The notes: a model not told the origin generated them from the sequence alone. Shown: positions 20,073 to 29,678, counted from the first letter of the stretch. The stretch is 64,000 nucleotides of DNA from Phormidium sp. (GCA_051013385.1 CP143273.1:960001-1024000), one strand, 5' to 3'. Numbers and translations are program-made.

Positions 20073-20471
20073 ATGACAGAACAACAGCAAAAAACATTAG
20101 AAGTTGGTCAAAAAGCATTTTTTCACCTCAGTCATGGACTGAAAACCGGAGAATGGGACGAGTTTTTAAATATGTTAACTGATGATTTTACCTTTTGGTT
20201 TCCAATGGGAAAATATCACGGATTAAACAGCGGTAAACCGACAGCCAAAGAATTTTTAGAATACGTTTCTCAATCCTTCGCTGAAGGGCTTTCTATCACT
20301 TCTGTAGAACGAGTAACTAGTAGCGATACAACAGTTGTTTTCGAGTTTCGAGACGAAGGGAAATTACTAGGAGAACCTTATAAAAATCGAGTTGCAGCTT
20401 CTTTCGATATTCGGGGAGATAAAATTTGTGGATATCGGGAATATTTCGGAAGTGATGGCAAATCGAATTAG
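20073..20471 (+). CDS. SnoaL/NTF2-like family protein
   Basis: 132 aa with L.DDF.FW.P, VVFE.R..G, Y.NR.A..F..RG.KI..YREY. Confidence 0.85.
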   Translation: MTEQQQKTLEVGQKAFFHLSHGLKTGEWDEFLNMLTDDFTFWFPMGKYHGLNSGKPTAKEFLEYVSQSFAEGLSITSVERVTSSDTTVVFEFRDEGKLLGEPYKNRVAASFDIRGDKICGYREYFGSDGKSN

Positions 20472-20524
20472 GGATGGCAAAACTTCTAGATTGTCTCTAT
20501 TTAATATAGTAAATCATGGTAATG

Positions 20525-20785
20525 CTCAGATCTTGCACCAGTCCCAAAATCCGCCTGCGAATCAATTCGCTTTTCTTACAGCTAAACTCCTCTAAAGAGG
20601 ACTAAATACTTAAGATTAAAAAGTTTCCAGTCCATTTTAATGGACTTGAGCTATTAGCCCGGAAATTGATTTCCGGGCGGGCTAAAACGCAGGTGCAAGA
20701 TCTCAGTAATACATATTCTCGTTCCCAGGTTCAACCTGGGAATGAGATCTTAAGAGGTTCTACCTCCACTGCTGCAAGATCTGAG
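20525..20785. repeat. Two adjacent MITE-like elements of the CTCAGATCTTGCACC family
   Basis: ctcagatcttgcacc (20525) ... ggtgcaagatctcag (20706), then a partial copy of the 4101 element ending gctgcaagatctgag (20785). Confidence 0.78.
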
Positions 20786-20839
20786 GAAATTTCTAATGAT
20801 ATGTCACAATTAAATCTATGAGTTTCGACCTTACACGCA

Positions 20840-22192
20840 ATGGCTTGGAACAGAGGGGATACATTAAAAGATGGTAAATACACCATCCGGGAAGTGCTGG
20901 GAAAAGGGGGTTTTGGCATCACCTATCGCGTTATAGATGAAAATGGGCGACAGTTTGCGCTGAAAACTCTCAACGATGACGCAATTGCTGAACCGAATTT
21001 TGCTAAACTGCATGAAGATTTTATGAATGAGGCGCTACGGTTAGCGAAATTTAATCATCCTCGTATTGTTAAAGTTTATAAATTACTGCAAGAAACGGTT
21101 CGGAAAAATAATTTCTTTTCTAGCATTTCCCTCTGCTGCATTTTGATGGAATATATCGAGGGAACAACTTTAGAAAAATTGGTGGAAAAGCGAGGTGCAA
21201 TACCTGAAAGAGAAGCAGTGCGATATATTCAGCAAATTGGTGAAGCTTTGACGGCGATACATAGCGAAGGTTTGCTGCATCGAGATGTGAAACCGAGTAA
21301 TATAATTTTACGCGCTACTAATTCGGAAGCGGTGTTAATTGATTTTGGCATTGCGCGAGATTTCACTGCAACTCTCTCACCGCATACAATTCTTGGTACT
21401 CTATGTTATGGAGCGCCAGAACAATTCGATCCTACAATTGCCCAGCCAAAAGAGTACACTGATGTTTATGCTTTAGCGGCAACACTTTATCATTTAGTAA
21501 CGGGTACACTGCCAACTACTGCTTTATGGAGGGCAATGAATGCGCCTTTAAAACCAGTAAAACAGATTGTACCGAGTTTGAGTGATAATCTACATAATGC
21601 AATTGTTCGAGGAATGGAATTGTTACCCCAAAAACGTCCTCAGTCGGTGCAAAGTTGGTTAAAATTATTGAGTGAAATTGAAGCGGATGATTTAAGTTCG
21701 GATAAAGGGGTAGATTATCGAAAATTGCGGGATTTATTGAAGGGAGGAAGCTGGAAAGAGGCGGATGAGGAAACACTTAAGGTAATGTTGAAGGCGGCGG
21801 GAAGGGAAAAAGAAGATTGGCTGGATGACGAGAGTATCGACAAATTCCCTTGTACGGATTTGCGTACTATCGACCAACTTTGGGTAAAATACAGTAATGG
21901 GCGCTTTGGCTTTTCGGTGCAGAAGCGCATCTGGGAAAGTGTTAGGGGTAAACCCGGTAAGTACCATTATTACAAGAAGTTTGGCGAGAAAGTAGGCTGG
22001 CTTTGTCGAGAAAAGAAAGTAGGCTGGTATGTAGAGGAAAAAAACGACTGGAAAAACTACTCAGACCTCACCTTTTCCCTAAATGCCCCTGGGGGGCATC
22101 TCCCTGCCCACTTTGGGTTTTGGGTTTTTGGGTGCCCACTTGGCACTCTCTACTACGGTGCGGTGTCTCTTCTCTCGCGTCGAGACTTATAA
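20840..22192 (+). CDS. Hanks-type Ser/Thr protein kinase with C-terminal GUN4-like domain
   Basis: Kinase: LGKGGFGITY, ALK, HRDVKPSN, DFGIAR, APEQ, DVYALA. GUN4: DY.KLRDLL..G.WKEAD.ET, FPC.DLRTIDQLW..YS.GRFGFSVQ, GHLP. Confidence 0.93.
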   Translation: MAWNRGDTLKDGKYTIREVLGKGGFGITYRVIDENGRQFALKTLNDDAIAEPNFAKLHEDFMNEALRLAKFNHPRIVKVYKLLQETVRKNNFFSSISLCCILMEYIEGTTLEKLVEKRGAIPEREAVRYIQQIGEALTAIHSEGLLHRDVKPSNIILRATNSEAVLIDFGIARDFTATLSPHTILGTLCYGAPEQFDPTIAQPKEYTDVYALAATLYHLVTGTLPTTALWRAMNAPLKPVKQIVPSLSDNLHNAIVRGMELLPQKRPQSVQSWLKLLSEIEADDLSSDKGVDYRKLRDLLKGGSWKEADEETLKVMLKAAGREKEDWLDDESIDKFPCTDLRTIDQLWVKYSNGRFGFSVQKRIWESVRGKPGKYHYYKKFGEKVGWLCREKKVGWYVEEKNDWKNYSDLTFSLNAPGGHLPAHFGFWVFGCPLGTLYYGAVSLLSRRDL

Positions 22193-22510
22193 ATTGTAAC
22201 CTATAAGGCTTTCCGAAAATTTTTAAGAATTGCAACAGAGGGAATTTCCTCGAAGCTATGAGGATTCTGGCTTTCCGAGACCTGGCACCGAGGTCGGATA
22301 ATAAGAATTAGCCTGAATAAACTTTTCTGCCACCGCTGCAATTTCCGGGTCTGTTGCTTCCCAGTTGTCAGCCCGCCTGCGAATCAATTCGCAGGCTAAT
22401 AGCGAAAGTCCGTTAAAACGGACTGAAGATTTTAGGGAAAGATAATTAAAATAGTTAGTGCGGTTTCCCTAGATATAATGATGTAGGAATTATAAACAAG
22501 TTTACTCAAT

Positions 22511-22804
22511 ATGTCAGCTAAAACACTTTCCCGCTACGTCACTCGCCATCCTGAAATATTGTCTGGTGAACCTATAATTACAGGTACAAGAACACCAGTT
22601 CGCGCCATAGTTGAAAATTGGCGGATGGGAATTAGACCAGAAGAAATTCCCCTACACCTACCTCATTTAACATTAGCACAAGTGTTTGATGCACTGAGTT
22701 TTTATATAGATAATCAGGAAGAAATTAACGATTATATTGAGCGAAATCATGTACCAGAAGAATTAATTCATCCGGCGGTAAAAGCAGCTTTGAAAAAGTT
22801 ATGA
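22511..22804 (+). CDS. DUF433 family putative antitoxin
   Basis: P.IL.GEP.I.GTR.PV, P.LT.AQV.DAL.FY. Confidence 0.9.
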   Translation: MSAKTLSRYVTRHPEILSGEPIITGTRTPVRAIVENWRMGIRPEEIPLHLPHLTLAQVFDALSFYIDNQEEINDYIERNHVPEELIHPAVKAALKKL

Positions 22805-22892
22805 AGCTATTTGCTAAATGGTAATTTCCAGACTTCTGAAGATGTTTCCCACCTTTTGATAGAGTGCAAAGGAATAAACAGATAGTAAAAAT

Positions 22893-23213
22893 ATGGTAAA
22901 AATACCTTCGGCTTGGAAACCTCGCCCCATTCCTGAAAAATATAAAAAACCTCCTCTTTCTCCCCAAGAAAAAGCCAATCAGAATGCTGAAAGCGAAGCA
23001 CTTTGGCAGCGTTGTCGTCCTATATTTGAGCGAGTTCGTGATGAGTTAATGCAAACTCATTACAACTGGTACATTGTTATAGATCCGAACACTGAAGAAT
23101 ATTTCATTGAAGAAGATGAATTGGTTGTTATGCAAAAACTTCTGGAAAATCCTCCTAAAGAAGAAGCTGTGATCCGTCGTTTAAATGAAACAGGAACTTG
23201 CGGTAGTATATGA
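22893..23213 (+). CDS. Hypothetical protein coupled to the aspartic protease gene
   Basis: 106 aa with YNWYIVIDP..EEYFI and a C-terminal RLNETG.CG.I. Its stop overlaps the next ATG (ATGA). Confidence 0.75.
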   Translation: MVKIPSAWKPRPIPEKYKKPPLSPQEKANQNAESEALWQRCRPIFERVRDELMQTHYNWYIVIDPNTEEYFIEEDELVVMQKLLENPPKEEAVIRRLNETGTCGSI

Positions 23214-23572
23214 TTGAAGGCAGGTTTGATGAAGAAGGCAAGTTACTGTTTGAAATTGGTTTAGTAACCGCTGATGGGGAAATAGTATTAACTGATGCGC
23301 TACTGGATACAGGTTTCACAGGTTGGGTAGCAATAAATAGCCAAGATTTAGATTTTGGTTGGCTGCTTGTGAAAGCTAAAGAACGCATGAAAACTGCACA
23401 AGGGGAAGCAGATTTTAAAATCTATGCAGGAGTAGTGCAAATTGATGGACAAGAGTTTACTATTCCTATTCTGGCAGGTGAAGGAATTCCTGAAATAATT
23501 ATCGGTTTGCAATGGTTAAAAACTCGACGGTTAGTAGTAGATTTTCCAACCGGAGTGCTGACGTTGGGTTAA
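23210..23572 (+). CDS. Clan AA (retropepsin-like) aspartic protease
   Basis: ALLDTGFTG catalytic motif and IIIGLQWL flap-distal motif; single-domain, 120 aa. Confidence 0.85.
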   Translation: MIEGRFDEEGKLLFEIGLVTADGEIVLTDALLDTGFTGWVAINSQDLDFGWLLVKAKERMKTAQGEADFKIYAGVVQIDGQEFTIPILAGEGIPEIIIGLQWLKTRRLVVDFPTGVLTLG

Positions 23573-23821
23573 ATTTACGAAAAATTTAGGAAATGCGATC
23601 GCCCTCCCCCCAAAAATTGATTTTAATGAGAAAAAGTTGTAATTAGTAACAAAAAATTAAAATAAGTTAACCATCTCGTAATTTTTATTATCACTAAAGT
23701 AACAACTATCAACCAATCACCGTATCATCTAATACGTTTTTTCCCAAACGATTATAGTTTCATAATCACCATAGCAATTTTTTTAAATTGCCCAAAATCA
23801 CCCATAATTCAGCAATAAATC

Positions 23822-24100
23822 ATGTCAGAACAAACCCCAGAACAACGCCAACAAGAGTACCTGAACGTCATCGATCAACTATTAAAATGCCCCAACGGAC
23901 AGGAACCAGAGGTATTAGATGCACACTTAGATTTAATCGATGAAAATTTTATCAACACAATGGTACAAGTGGCAGCAGGATTTGCACATAATAATAATCA
24001 CGAGGCAGCTAAATTTTTAGTTCATGTCGCCCGTGAATTGGCGAAACAATTGGGTTTATATCCCGAACAACCAACTGCTGCTGTTGCTAGTGAAGCATAA
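23822..24100 (+). CDS. Conserved hypothetical helical protein
   Basis: R.QEYL.VI.QLL.CP.GQE..VL motif resembling a recurrent cyanobacterial N-terminal module. Confidence 0.7.
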   Translation: MSEQTPEQRQQEYLNVIDQLLKCPNGQEPEVLDAHLDLIDENFINTMVQVAAGFAHNNNHEAAKFLVHVARELAKQLGLYPEQPTAAVASEA

Positions 24101-24112
24101 TTAGGGGAAGCT

Positions 24113-24433
24113 ATGACTGGGGAAGAAGCAGGAGAAATTGCTCTGGAATTTCTTATGACAGATTGGGAAATTCCGGCAGAAGATTGGGAGTGGTTTACTG
24201 TTTTGAACTCTCGCTATGTTAAAAACAGTTGGTTCGTGGTAGAAATCGGCATTGAAGGATTACCTGATAAATGGGTACTTCAGGTTTACGAACATGGAGA
24301 ATGCGACCCAAATTATACTTTTAATACTCCAATGAAACCCGGATCGGAAACTACTGAACTGGAGGAATTTCCCGAATCAGTAGCAGAGATGATCGCCAAA
24401 GAACGCAATGGCGGAATTGTAAGTGTTAACTAA
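24113..24433 (+). CDS. Acidic hypothetical protein
   Basis: ATG with AGGGG RBS, 12 bp after the previous stop; plausible composition. Confidence 0.7.
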   Translation: MTGEEAGEIALEFLMTDWEIPAEDWEWFTVLNSRYVKNSWFVVEIGIEGLPDKWVLQVYEHGECDPNYTFNTPMKPGSETTELEEFPESVAEMIAKERNGGIVSVN

Positions 24434-24461
24434 ACTGGCTAGTTAAAAATATTGTCGCTTT

Positions 24462-24633
24462 GATCCCCCCTAACCCCCCTTACCAAGGGGGGAACCGGAT
24501 TCAAAGTCCCCTTAGTAAGGGGGAAACCGGATTCAAAGTCCCCTTAGTAAGGGGGAAACCGGATTCAAAGTCCCCTTAGTAAGGGGGGAACCGGATTTAA
24601 AGTCCCCCTTGTTAAGGGGGATTTAGGGGGATC
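24462..24633. repeat. Hairpin element expanded by about 4 tandem 32-bp units
   Basis: Ends gatcccccctaa ... ttagggggatc. The unit ccggattcaaagtccccttagtaagggggaaa starts at 24495, 24527, 24559 and 24591. Confidence 0.88.
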
Positions 24634-24771
24634 GGTTGAGTTAAGTGACAATAATTTTGCTTACCAAACGATCGATCGCCAACTCTCCCCAAAAACTTGC
24701 GATGAACATTTTCCTAGTGCTACCTTCTTATAGCTAACTGGAAAAAGGAGTTATCCCAACTCAAATTCATC

Positions 24772-26793
24772 ATGAAGCGATCGCTCATCACAATTCCACT
24801 CACATTAATCCTGCTAGAATCAACCATACCCTTGGCTCTAGCCGCACCACCGAGACAACCAGACAAAACCGAAGAATGCGAACTTTTGATAGTTGGCGGG
24901 GGACTTTCTGGTTCTGCTGCGGCTTATGAAGCCTTACTCGCTGGGAGAACAGTTTGTCTAACGGAAATTACCGACTGGGTAGGCGGACAAATTTCCTCGC
25001 AAGGAACCTCTGCACTCGACGAAAAAGCCACCCAACGACGACTACTGTTTTATCCTCGCGGTTATTTAGAACTTCGCAAACGAATAGAAGAACATTATGG
25101 TAGACTCAACCCCGGAAAATGTTGGGTGAGTGAATCTTGTTTTTTCCCTTATGATGGGCACAAAATACTGTTTGATATCTTAAAAGATGCTGCCAAAAAA
25201 GGCGATGGAAAACTCAAATGGTTTCCTTCAACAGTAATTAAAGAACTCGATATTAGTTCCGATGGGAAACAAATTCAAAGTGCGATCGCAATTCAACACA
25301 AACCCGCCAAAGGTGCTCCTCCATTAAACACCCTCCCCTTATCCCGCACAATTGAAGACGCATATCGCTACGAAAATTCCCCCCAATTTGATAAAACCAT
25401 CATTCGTTTTGTTCCGAAAAAAACTAACAAATCAAATCAAAAACCTCGTCCCGCAGAGTGGTATGTAATAGAAGCCACCGAAACCGGAGAATTAATTGGT
25501 TTAGCAGACGTTCCTTACCGTTTGGGTATCGATCCTCGTTCCTATTTAGAACCTTCATCCTCCACAGAAAAAGGCGATCAATTTTGCACCCAAGGCTTCA
25601 CCTACACCTTTGCAATGGAAGCAACGGAACAGCCACAACCGCAAACAATGCCTTCATTTTATCCGCAATATGAGCCTTATTACAGTTACGAATTACCTCG
25701 TTTAGCCAGCTTCAATTTAGTATTTTCCTATCGTCGTATTTTCAGCGCCAAACCAGACCAACCATTACCAGGAGACTACAAACAATACCCCATAAATCCT
25801 GGTGATATTTCCATGCAAAACTGGACTTGGGGAAATGATTATCGTCCCGGAACTTCACAAGATAACCTCATTTATACGAGGGAACAATTGCAAGAAACCG
25901 GACAATTAAACCCCGGTGGATGGATGGGAGGACTCCGCACCGAAACCTTACGCCGAGGTGAAGAAAACGCCCTTGGTTTTTATTATTGGTTAGCCAAAGG
26001 AACCACAGATTCCCAATTAGGTGCTAACGTCAAAACACCTTATTCAAACTTGCGTTTTATCAGTGGGTTAGACTCACCAATGGGAACAGCACATGGGTTA
26101 TCCAAATATCCTTATATGCGTGAAGGAAGACGGATCATTGGTAGACCAAGTTACGGACAATCATCTGGTTTTACTGTTTGGGAAATTGACATTTCTCGGA
26201 ATAACTTCCGCCAAGAATTTTACAGTCAAAACCTTTCCCCAGAAGAGTATCGCCGTTTATGGGCAACTTTATCTGGGTTAAATGCACCTTTAGTAATAGG
26301 AGGTCAAGTATCACCAGAACAAGTGAAACCCCGATCGCGTTCTGCGATTTTTCCTGATTCAGTGGGAATTGGATTTTATGCGATCGACTTTCACCCCTGC
26401 ATGGAAAAAAGTCCCCCAGAAGCACCCGGAAATAGAGAACGAGAAGGAACAAGAAAAGGACAAGGTGGAACTTTCCCCTTTCAAGTACCTTTAAGAGCAA
26501 TGATTCCCCAAAAAATTGACAATATGTTAGTAGCAGGAAAAAGCATCGCCACCAGTCACACAGCAGCAGCAGCTTATCGCGTCCACTCCTTTGAATGGTC
26601 AGCAGGTGCAGCAGCAGGAACTACCGCCGACTTCGCTTTAAAAAATGGCGTTCTTCCCTACGAATTAGTCGATCAACTACCATCAAGAGAAGCACAATTA
26701 GAAGCATTACAACGCCGTTTAGAACAAAACAAAAACCCCGTTGCTTTCCCCAATACCTCAATTTTGAATCAATCTTGGGAAGAGTGGAAATAA
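24772..26793 (+). CDS. FAD-dependent oxidoreductase with signal peptide
   Basis: Signal peptide (..LALA|AP), IVGGGLSG, EITDWVGGQISSQG, YMREGRRI, YAIDFH, NMLVAGK.IA.SH...AAYRVH. Confidence 0.88.
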   Translation: MKRSLITIPLTLILLESTIPLALAAPPRQPDKTEECELLIVGGGLSGSAAAYEALLAGRTVCLTEITDWVGGQISSQGTSALDEKATQRRLLFYPRGYLELRKRIEEHYGRLNPGKCWVSESCFFPYDGHKILFDILKDAAKKGDGKLKWFPSTVIKELDISSDGKQIQSAIAIQHKPAKGAPPLNTLPLSRTIEDAYRYENSPQFDKTIIRFVPKKTNKSNQKPRPAEWYVIEATETGELIGLADVPYRLGIDPRSYLEPSSSTEKGDQFCTQGFTYTFAMEATEQPQPQTMPSFYPQYEPYYSYELPRLASFNLVFSYRRIFSAKPDQPLPGDYKQYPINPGDISMQNWTWGNDYRPGTSQDNLIYTREQLQETGQLNPGGWMGGLRTETLRRGEENALGFYYWLAKGTTDSQLGANVKTPYSNLRFISGLDSPMGTAHGLSKYPYMREGRRIIGRPSYGQSSGFTVWEIDISRNNFRQEFYSQNLSPEEYRRLWATLSGLNAPLVIGGQVSPEQVKPRSRSAIFPDSVGIGFYAIDFHPCMEKSPPEAPGNREREGTRKGQGGTFPFQVPLRAMIPQKIDNMLVAGKSIATSHTAAAAYRVHSFEWSAGAAAGTTADFALKNGVLPYELVDQLPSREAQLEALQRRLEQNKNPVAFPNTSILNQSWEEWK

Positions 26794-26794
26794 A

Positions 26795-26847
26795 GTACGT
26801 TGTTGCGCTTTAGCGCTCTTGTATAGCGCTGAAGCGCAACAACGTAC
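26795..26847. repeat. REP-like palindrome
   Basis: gtacgttgttgcgctt...aagcgcaacaacgtac. Same family at 51105-51157; half copy at 12185. Confidence 0.8.
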
Positions 26848-27091
26848 CTAGTGAAACGTAACGCACCATTCGTCTAATCTAAGCTGAGTTGGATGTTTCC
26901 TAAGAGTGACTGCGCGATCGCTGATTATTCTTGGTAGCCAGCAAACTCAGCCCGACTTTGAGCAGTTAGATAATTTTTACTCAACCTCGCCCGTTGTCGA
27001 TTAATATAGATAAATAACTAGTTGTATCAATTTATTAAGTTAATTCGGGAACTGCACTATGGCTCAAATACTTTCAGCAGCAATCTTTGGG

Positions 27092-27385
27092 ATGGCAACC
27101 GCGCCGACTCAAGCTCCTGAACGCTCTAGTCAAGTTACCCGCAAGCTTTACCCCAACTACAAAATAATTGTGCTGGACGATGACTTCAACACCTTTCAGC
27201 ACGTTCATGATTGTTTGGTGAAGTATATTCCTGGGATGACGACTGAGCAAGCTTGGGAACTCACCAATCAAGTACACTATGAAGGTCAAGCTATTGTTTG
27301 GGTTGGCCCGCAAGAGCAAGCGGAACTCTACCACCAACTGTTGAGTCGCGCCGGATTAACTATGGCTCCCCTAGAAGCAGCATAA
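27092..27385 (+). CDS. clpS: ATP-dependent Clp protease adaptor ClpS
   Basis: YPNYKIIVLDDDFNTFQHV, VHYEGQAIVW.GP.EQAELY, GLTMAPLE. Confidence 0.93.
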   Translation: MATAPTQAPERSSQVTRKLYPNYKIIVLDDDFNTFQHVHDCLVKYIPGMTTEQAWELTNQVHYEGQAIVWVGPQEQAELYHQLLSRAGLTMAPLEAA

Positions 27386-27389
27386 AATT

Positions 27390-27680
27390 ATGAATCATTC
27401 CCCTGGCGGTAGGTTAGTTCTCACACATTCCACCCACATTCCCGGCTTAATTGCCGTTTTGGAACGTCTCACTAAATATAATGGCATTCAAACCATTACT
27501 CCCGCAGTAATTGGGAGAGCCAAAGGACATTCCCCACGCTTGCAATTAAAAGTTTCCGTACCAATCCGAGGTGGATTTAAATTAATCGCCCGTCAGGGTA
27601 AGACCTTTCAAGAGGTTTTTATTATTACTAGTTGCCCAAAAGATGAATTAGAAACAGCAATTTTTCAAGCTATGAAATGA
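27390..27680 (+). CDS. DUF2103 family protein
   Basis: RLV..HSTHI.GLI.VLE.L, ITP.VI, GFKLIARQG...QEVFI.T. Confidence 0.8.
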   Translation: MNHSPGGRLVLTHSTHIPGLIAVLERLTKYNGIQTITPAVIGRAKGHSPRLQLKVSVPIRGGFKLIARQGKTFQEVFIITSCPKDELETAIFQAMK

Positions 27681-27770
27681 TAGCGAAAATTGCAGCTTAT
27701 CAATTGATAAGCAGACATGATATTACCTCAAATCTCGCTCCCAGCGATCGATCGCATAATAATCAAAAAC

Positions 27771-27809
27771 AAAAAAAAAGCAGATTGCCAACTGACAATC
27801 TGCTTTTTT
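27771..27809. terminator. Bidirectional rho-independent terminator
   Basis: A9-gcagattg-loop-caatctgc-T6 between convergent genes. Confidence 0.75.
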
Positions 27810-27820
27810 AAAATGAATAA

Positions 27821-28144
27821 TTACTTTGCTACTTGTTGTAAAGAAAAGCGATGTAAAGGGAGAATAATTACACAACAAACAGTCAAAAAGTAAGAGATAG
27901 CTGCCGTTATTTGCAAACTCATTAGTAAAACATCCCAATCAGGTAATTGCAGCTTTTGAGAAAAATCAGCAACGCAATAAACTATCCAGTAAGTGAAGAT
28001 CATCAAAAATAGCGATCGCTCAGTCTCTTCCATCTCATTTGCTTGACTTTGCTTGTTACTATTAATCAACCAAAGGCCAGCAATAGAGCCAATCAAAGAA
28101 GCTAAAAGTAAATAATCATGCCAGTGCAAATTGTCGATTTGCAT
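27821..28144 (-). CDS. Small membrane protein (3 TM)
   Basis: Three hydrophobic segments; ATG with AGGG upstream. Confidence 0.65.
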   Translation of the reverse strand: MQIDNLHWHDYLLLASLIGSIAGLWLINSNKQSQANEMEETERSLFLMIFTYWIVYCVADFSQKLQLPDWDVLLMSLQITAAISYFLTVCCVIILPLHRFSLQQVAK

Positions 28145-28257
28145 ATCCCTACTTATTCCGAAAAATTTTATTGGACATCAGTCTAAGGGATTACAGTTCA
28201 TAGAACAAAGCAATAGTTACAAAAATAAATACCCCTTAACACTTTGAAATCTAAAGC

Positions 28258-28308
28258 GAGATCCCCGACTTCTGAGATCCCCGACTTCTTGGAGAAGTCG
28301 GGGATCTC
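28258..28308. repeat. gagatccccgacttct palindromic repeat with duplicated left arm
   Basis: gagatccccgacttct occurs twice, followed by agaagtcggggatctc. Confidence 0.8.
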
Positions 28309-28314
28309 AATAAT

Positions 28315-29643
28315 TCAGAAGTTGATTATTTCTCCTTCCGCAGCTTTGTTGTAAAACACCGAAGCAACCATTTCACCATTTGGTTGGTAAAGTACAATCC
28401 GACCACCAGAATTGCCTAATTGCATAGACTGAGGACTGTTCGATCGCACAGAAAACTCTTTCTCTTCATTAGCCGCTAGACTACCCTCCAGCATTCGCCG
28501 CCGACCTAGTTTATCAGTAAGAAACCAACCATCTAAGGCAATAGGTTCTGAAGAAGTATTTTTTAGTTTCACCCATTCGCCTGATTCGGCTCCTTTAGGA
28601 TTAGGAAGAGCAGCTACCACCACCACAGAGCCATTTTGTATTTGTACATCATTAATTGGTCGCAAAACAGGGGTGCTACCGGGTATTGGTAAAGGCTCAA
28701 AATTTCCACCTCGGAACTCAGGATAAAACGAACGAATGTGCTTACCTCGTTGATTATCCTTTGTCGTCTCTCGATAAATCACCAAGTTATAATTTCCCCC
28801 CTGAATAGTCACAGCCCGTCGTTCATTAACCGTTAATTTCTGAACAGATTCGTAGTAAGCTACAGTTCCCAGAGCCATGTCACATTCTGGACTAATACCA
28901 ACAAAAAAACCGCCACGCTCCTTGAAAATCTGAGCCACAGGATTGCCAGCCATATCATCTAGAGTCCATGTCATTTGCAATGTTACAACATGAGGATTTA
29001 GTACCTCTGACACTCCAGGCAATTTGTATTGTGTACCGAGAAAATTAACTCGACCTTTAGACTCATCCAAGTAAAACTTCACCCAATTATGATATCCAGA
29101 AATTTCTCCCCAACCCGGACCTCCTCGCAAGTTGAATTTACCTTCACCAACAAAAACGTGCTCAAACCCAGAACAAAACTTAACAACATCTTCACCAAAA
29201 TAATTAGTGTAAGGCTCAAACCAAATTATTTGGAGTTCTTGCTTAAACTTATCTTTTGACATTGGCTTTCCGAGTCCTTTCGTAATGTACTCGTAAGCCA
29301 ACTGCATCGGTTTGGTATTAATTAACAAATCGAGAAATTCGCTGATTTCTTTGTCTTCCTCTGATGTGAAATCTTCAGGGTCTCGGTAATTCACTAAATA
29401 ATTGTCAAATAGCTTAATCATCGCCTGGTAAGTAGGTTTTGAGAGGCGAGATTCTGCCACTTTAGAAAATAGAGGATTAACAGCTAAATCAGTCCATTTA
29501 TCTCCTGCGGCTTTCACTTGATGATCAAGTAAAATATCGGCATTGGGGTCAACCCAATTGCCATTTTTGTCACGTACACTTACGGAAAAGCGATCGGCAT
29601 CAGCTTCCCAAATTCGATCGTAAATTGTTGGATCGGCAAGCAT
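28315..29643 (-). CDS. XendoU/EndoU-family endoribonuclease fused to a C-terminal lamin-tail (LTD) domain
   Basis: SGFEHVFVGE, G.HNWVKFY and K..GGFFVG.SPE..MAL are XendoU motifs. LTD: ALPNP...E.GEWV.LKN....I.LDGW.L.D, LGNSGG. Confidence 0.85.
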   Translation of the reverse strand: MLADPTIYDRIWEADADRFSVSVRDKNGNWVDPNADILLDHQVKAAGDKWTDLAVNPLFSKVAESRLSKPTYQAMIKLFDNYLVNYRDPEDFTSEEDKEISEFLDLLINTKPMQLAYEYITKGLGKPMSKDKFKQELQIIWFEPYTNYFGEDVVKFCSGFEHVFVGEGKFNLRGGPGWGEISGYHNWVKFYLDESKGRVNFLGTQYKLPGVSEVLNPHVVTLQMTWTLDDMAGNPVAQIFKERGGFFVGISPECDMALGTVAYYESVQKLTVNERRAVTIQGGNYNLVIYRETTKDNQRGKHIRSFYPEFRGGNFEPLPIPGSTPVLRPINDVQIQNGSVVVVAALPNPKGAESGEWVKLKNTSSEPIALDGWFLTDKLGRRRMLEGSLAANEEKEFSVRSNSPQSMQLGNSGGRIVLYQPNGEMVASVFYNKAAEGEIINF

Positions 29644-29678
29644 TTGTTTGTACTCCTTTCAAATTTTCTGAGCTTTGG

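Noticed and set aside
24462..24633. Possible CRISPR array (32-bp periodic palindromic repeat)
   Set aside because: Units are contiguous with no unique spacers, and no cas genes are in the window.
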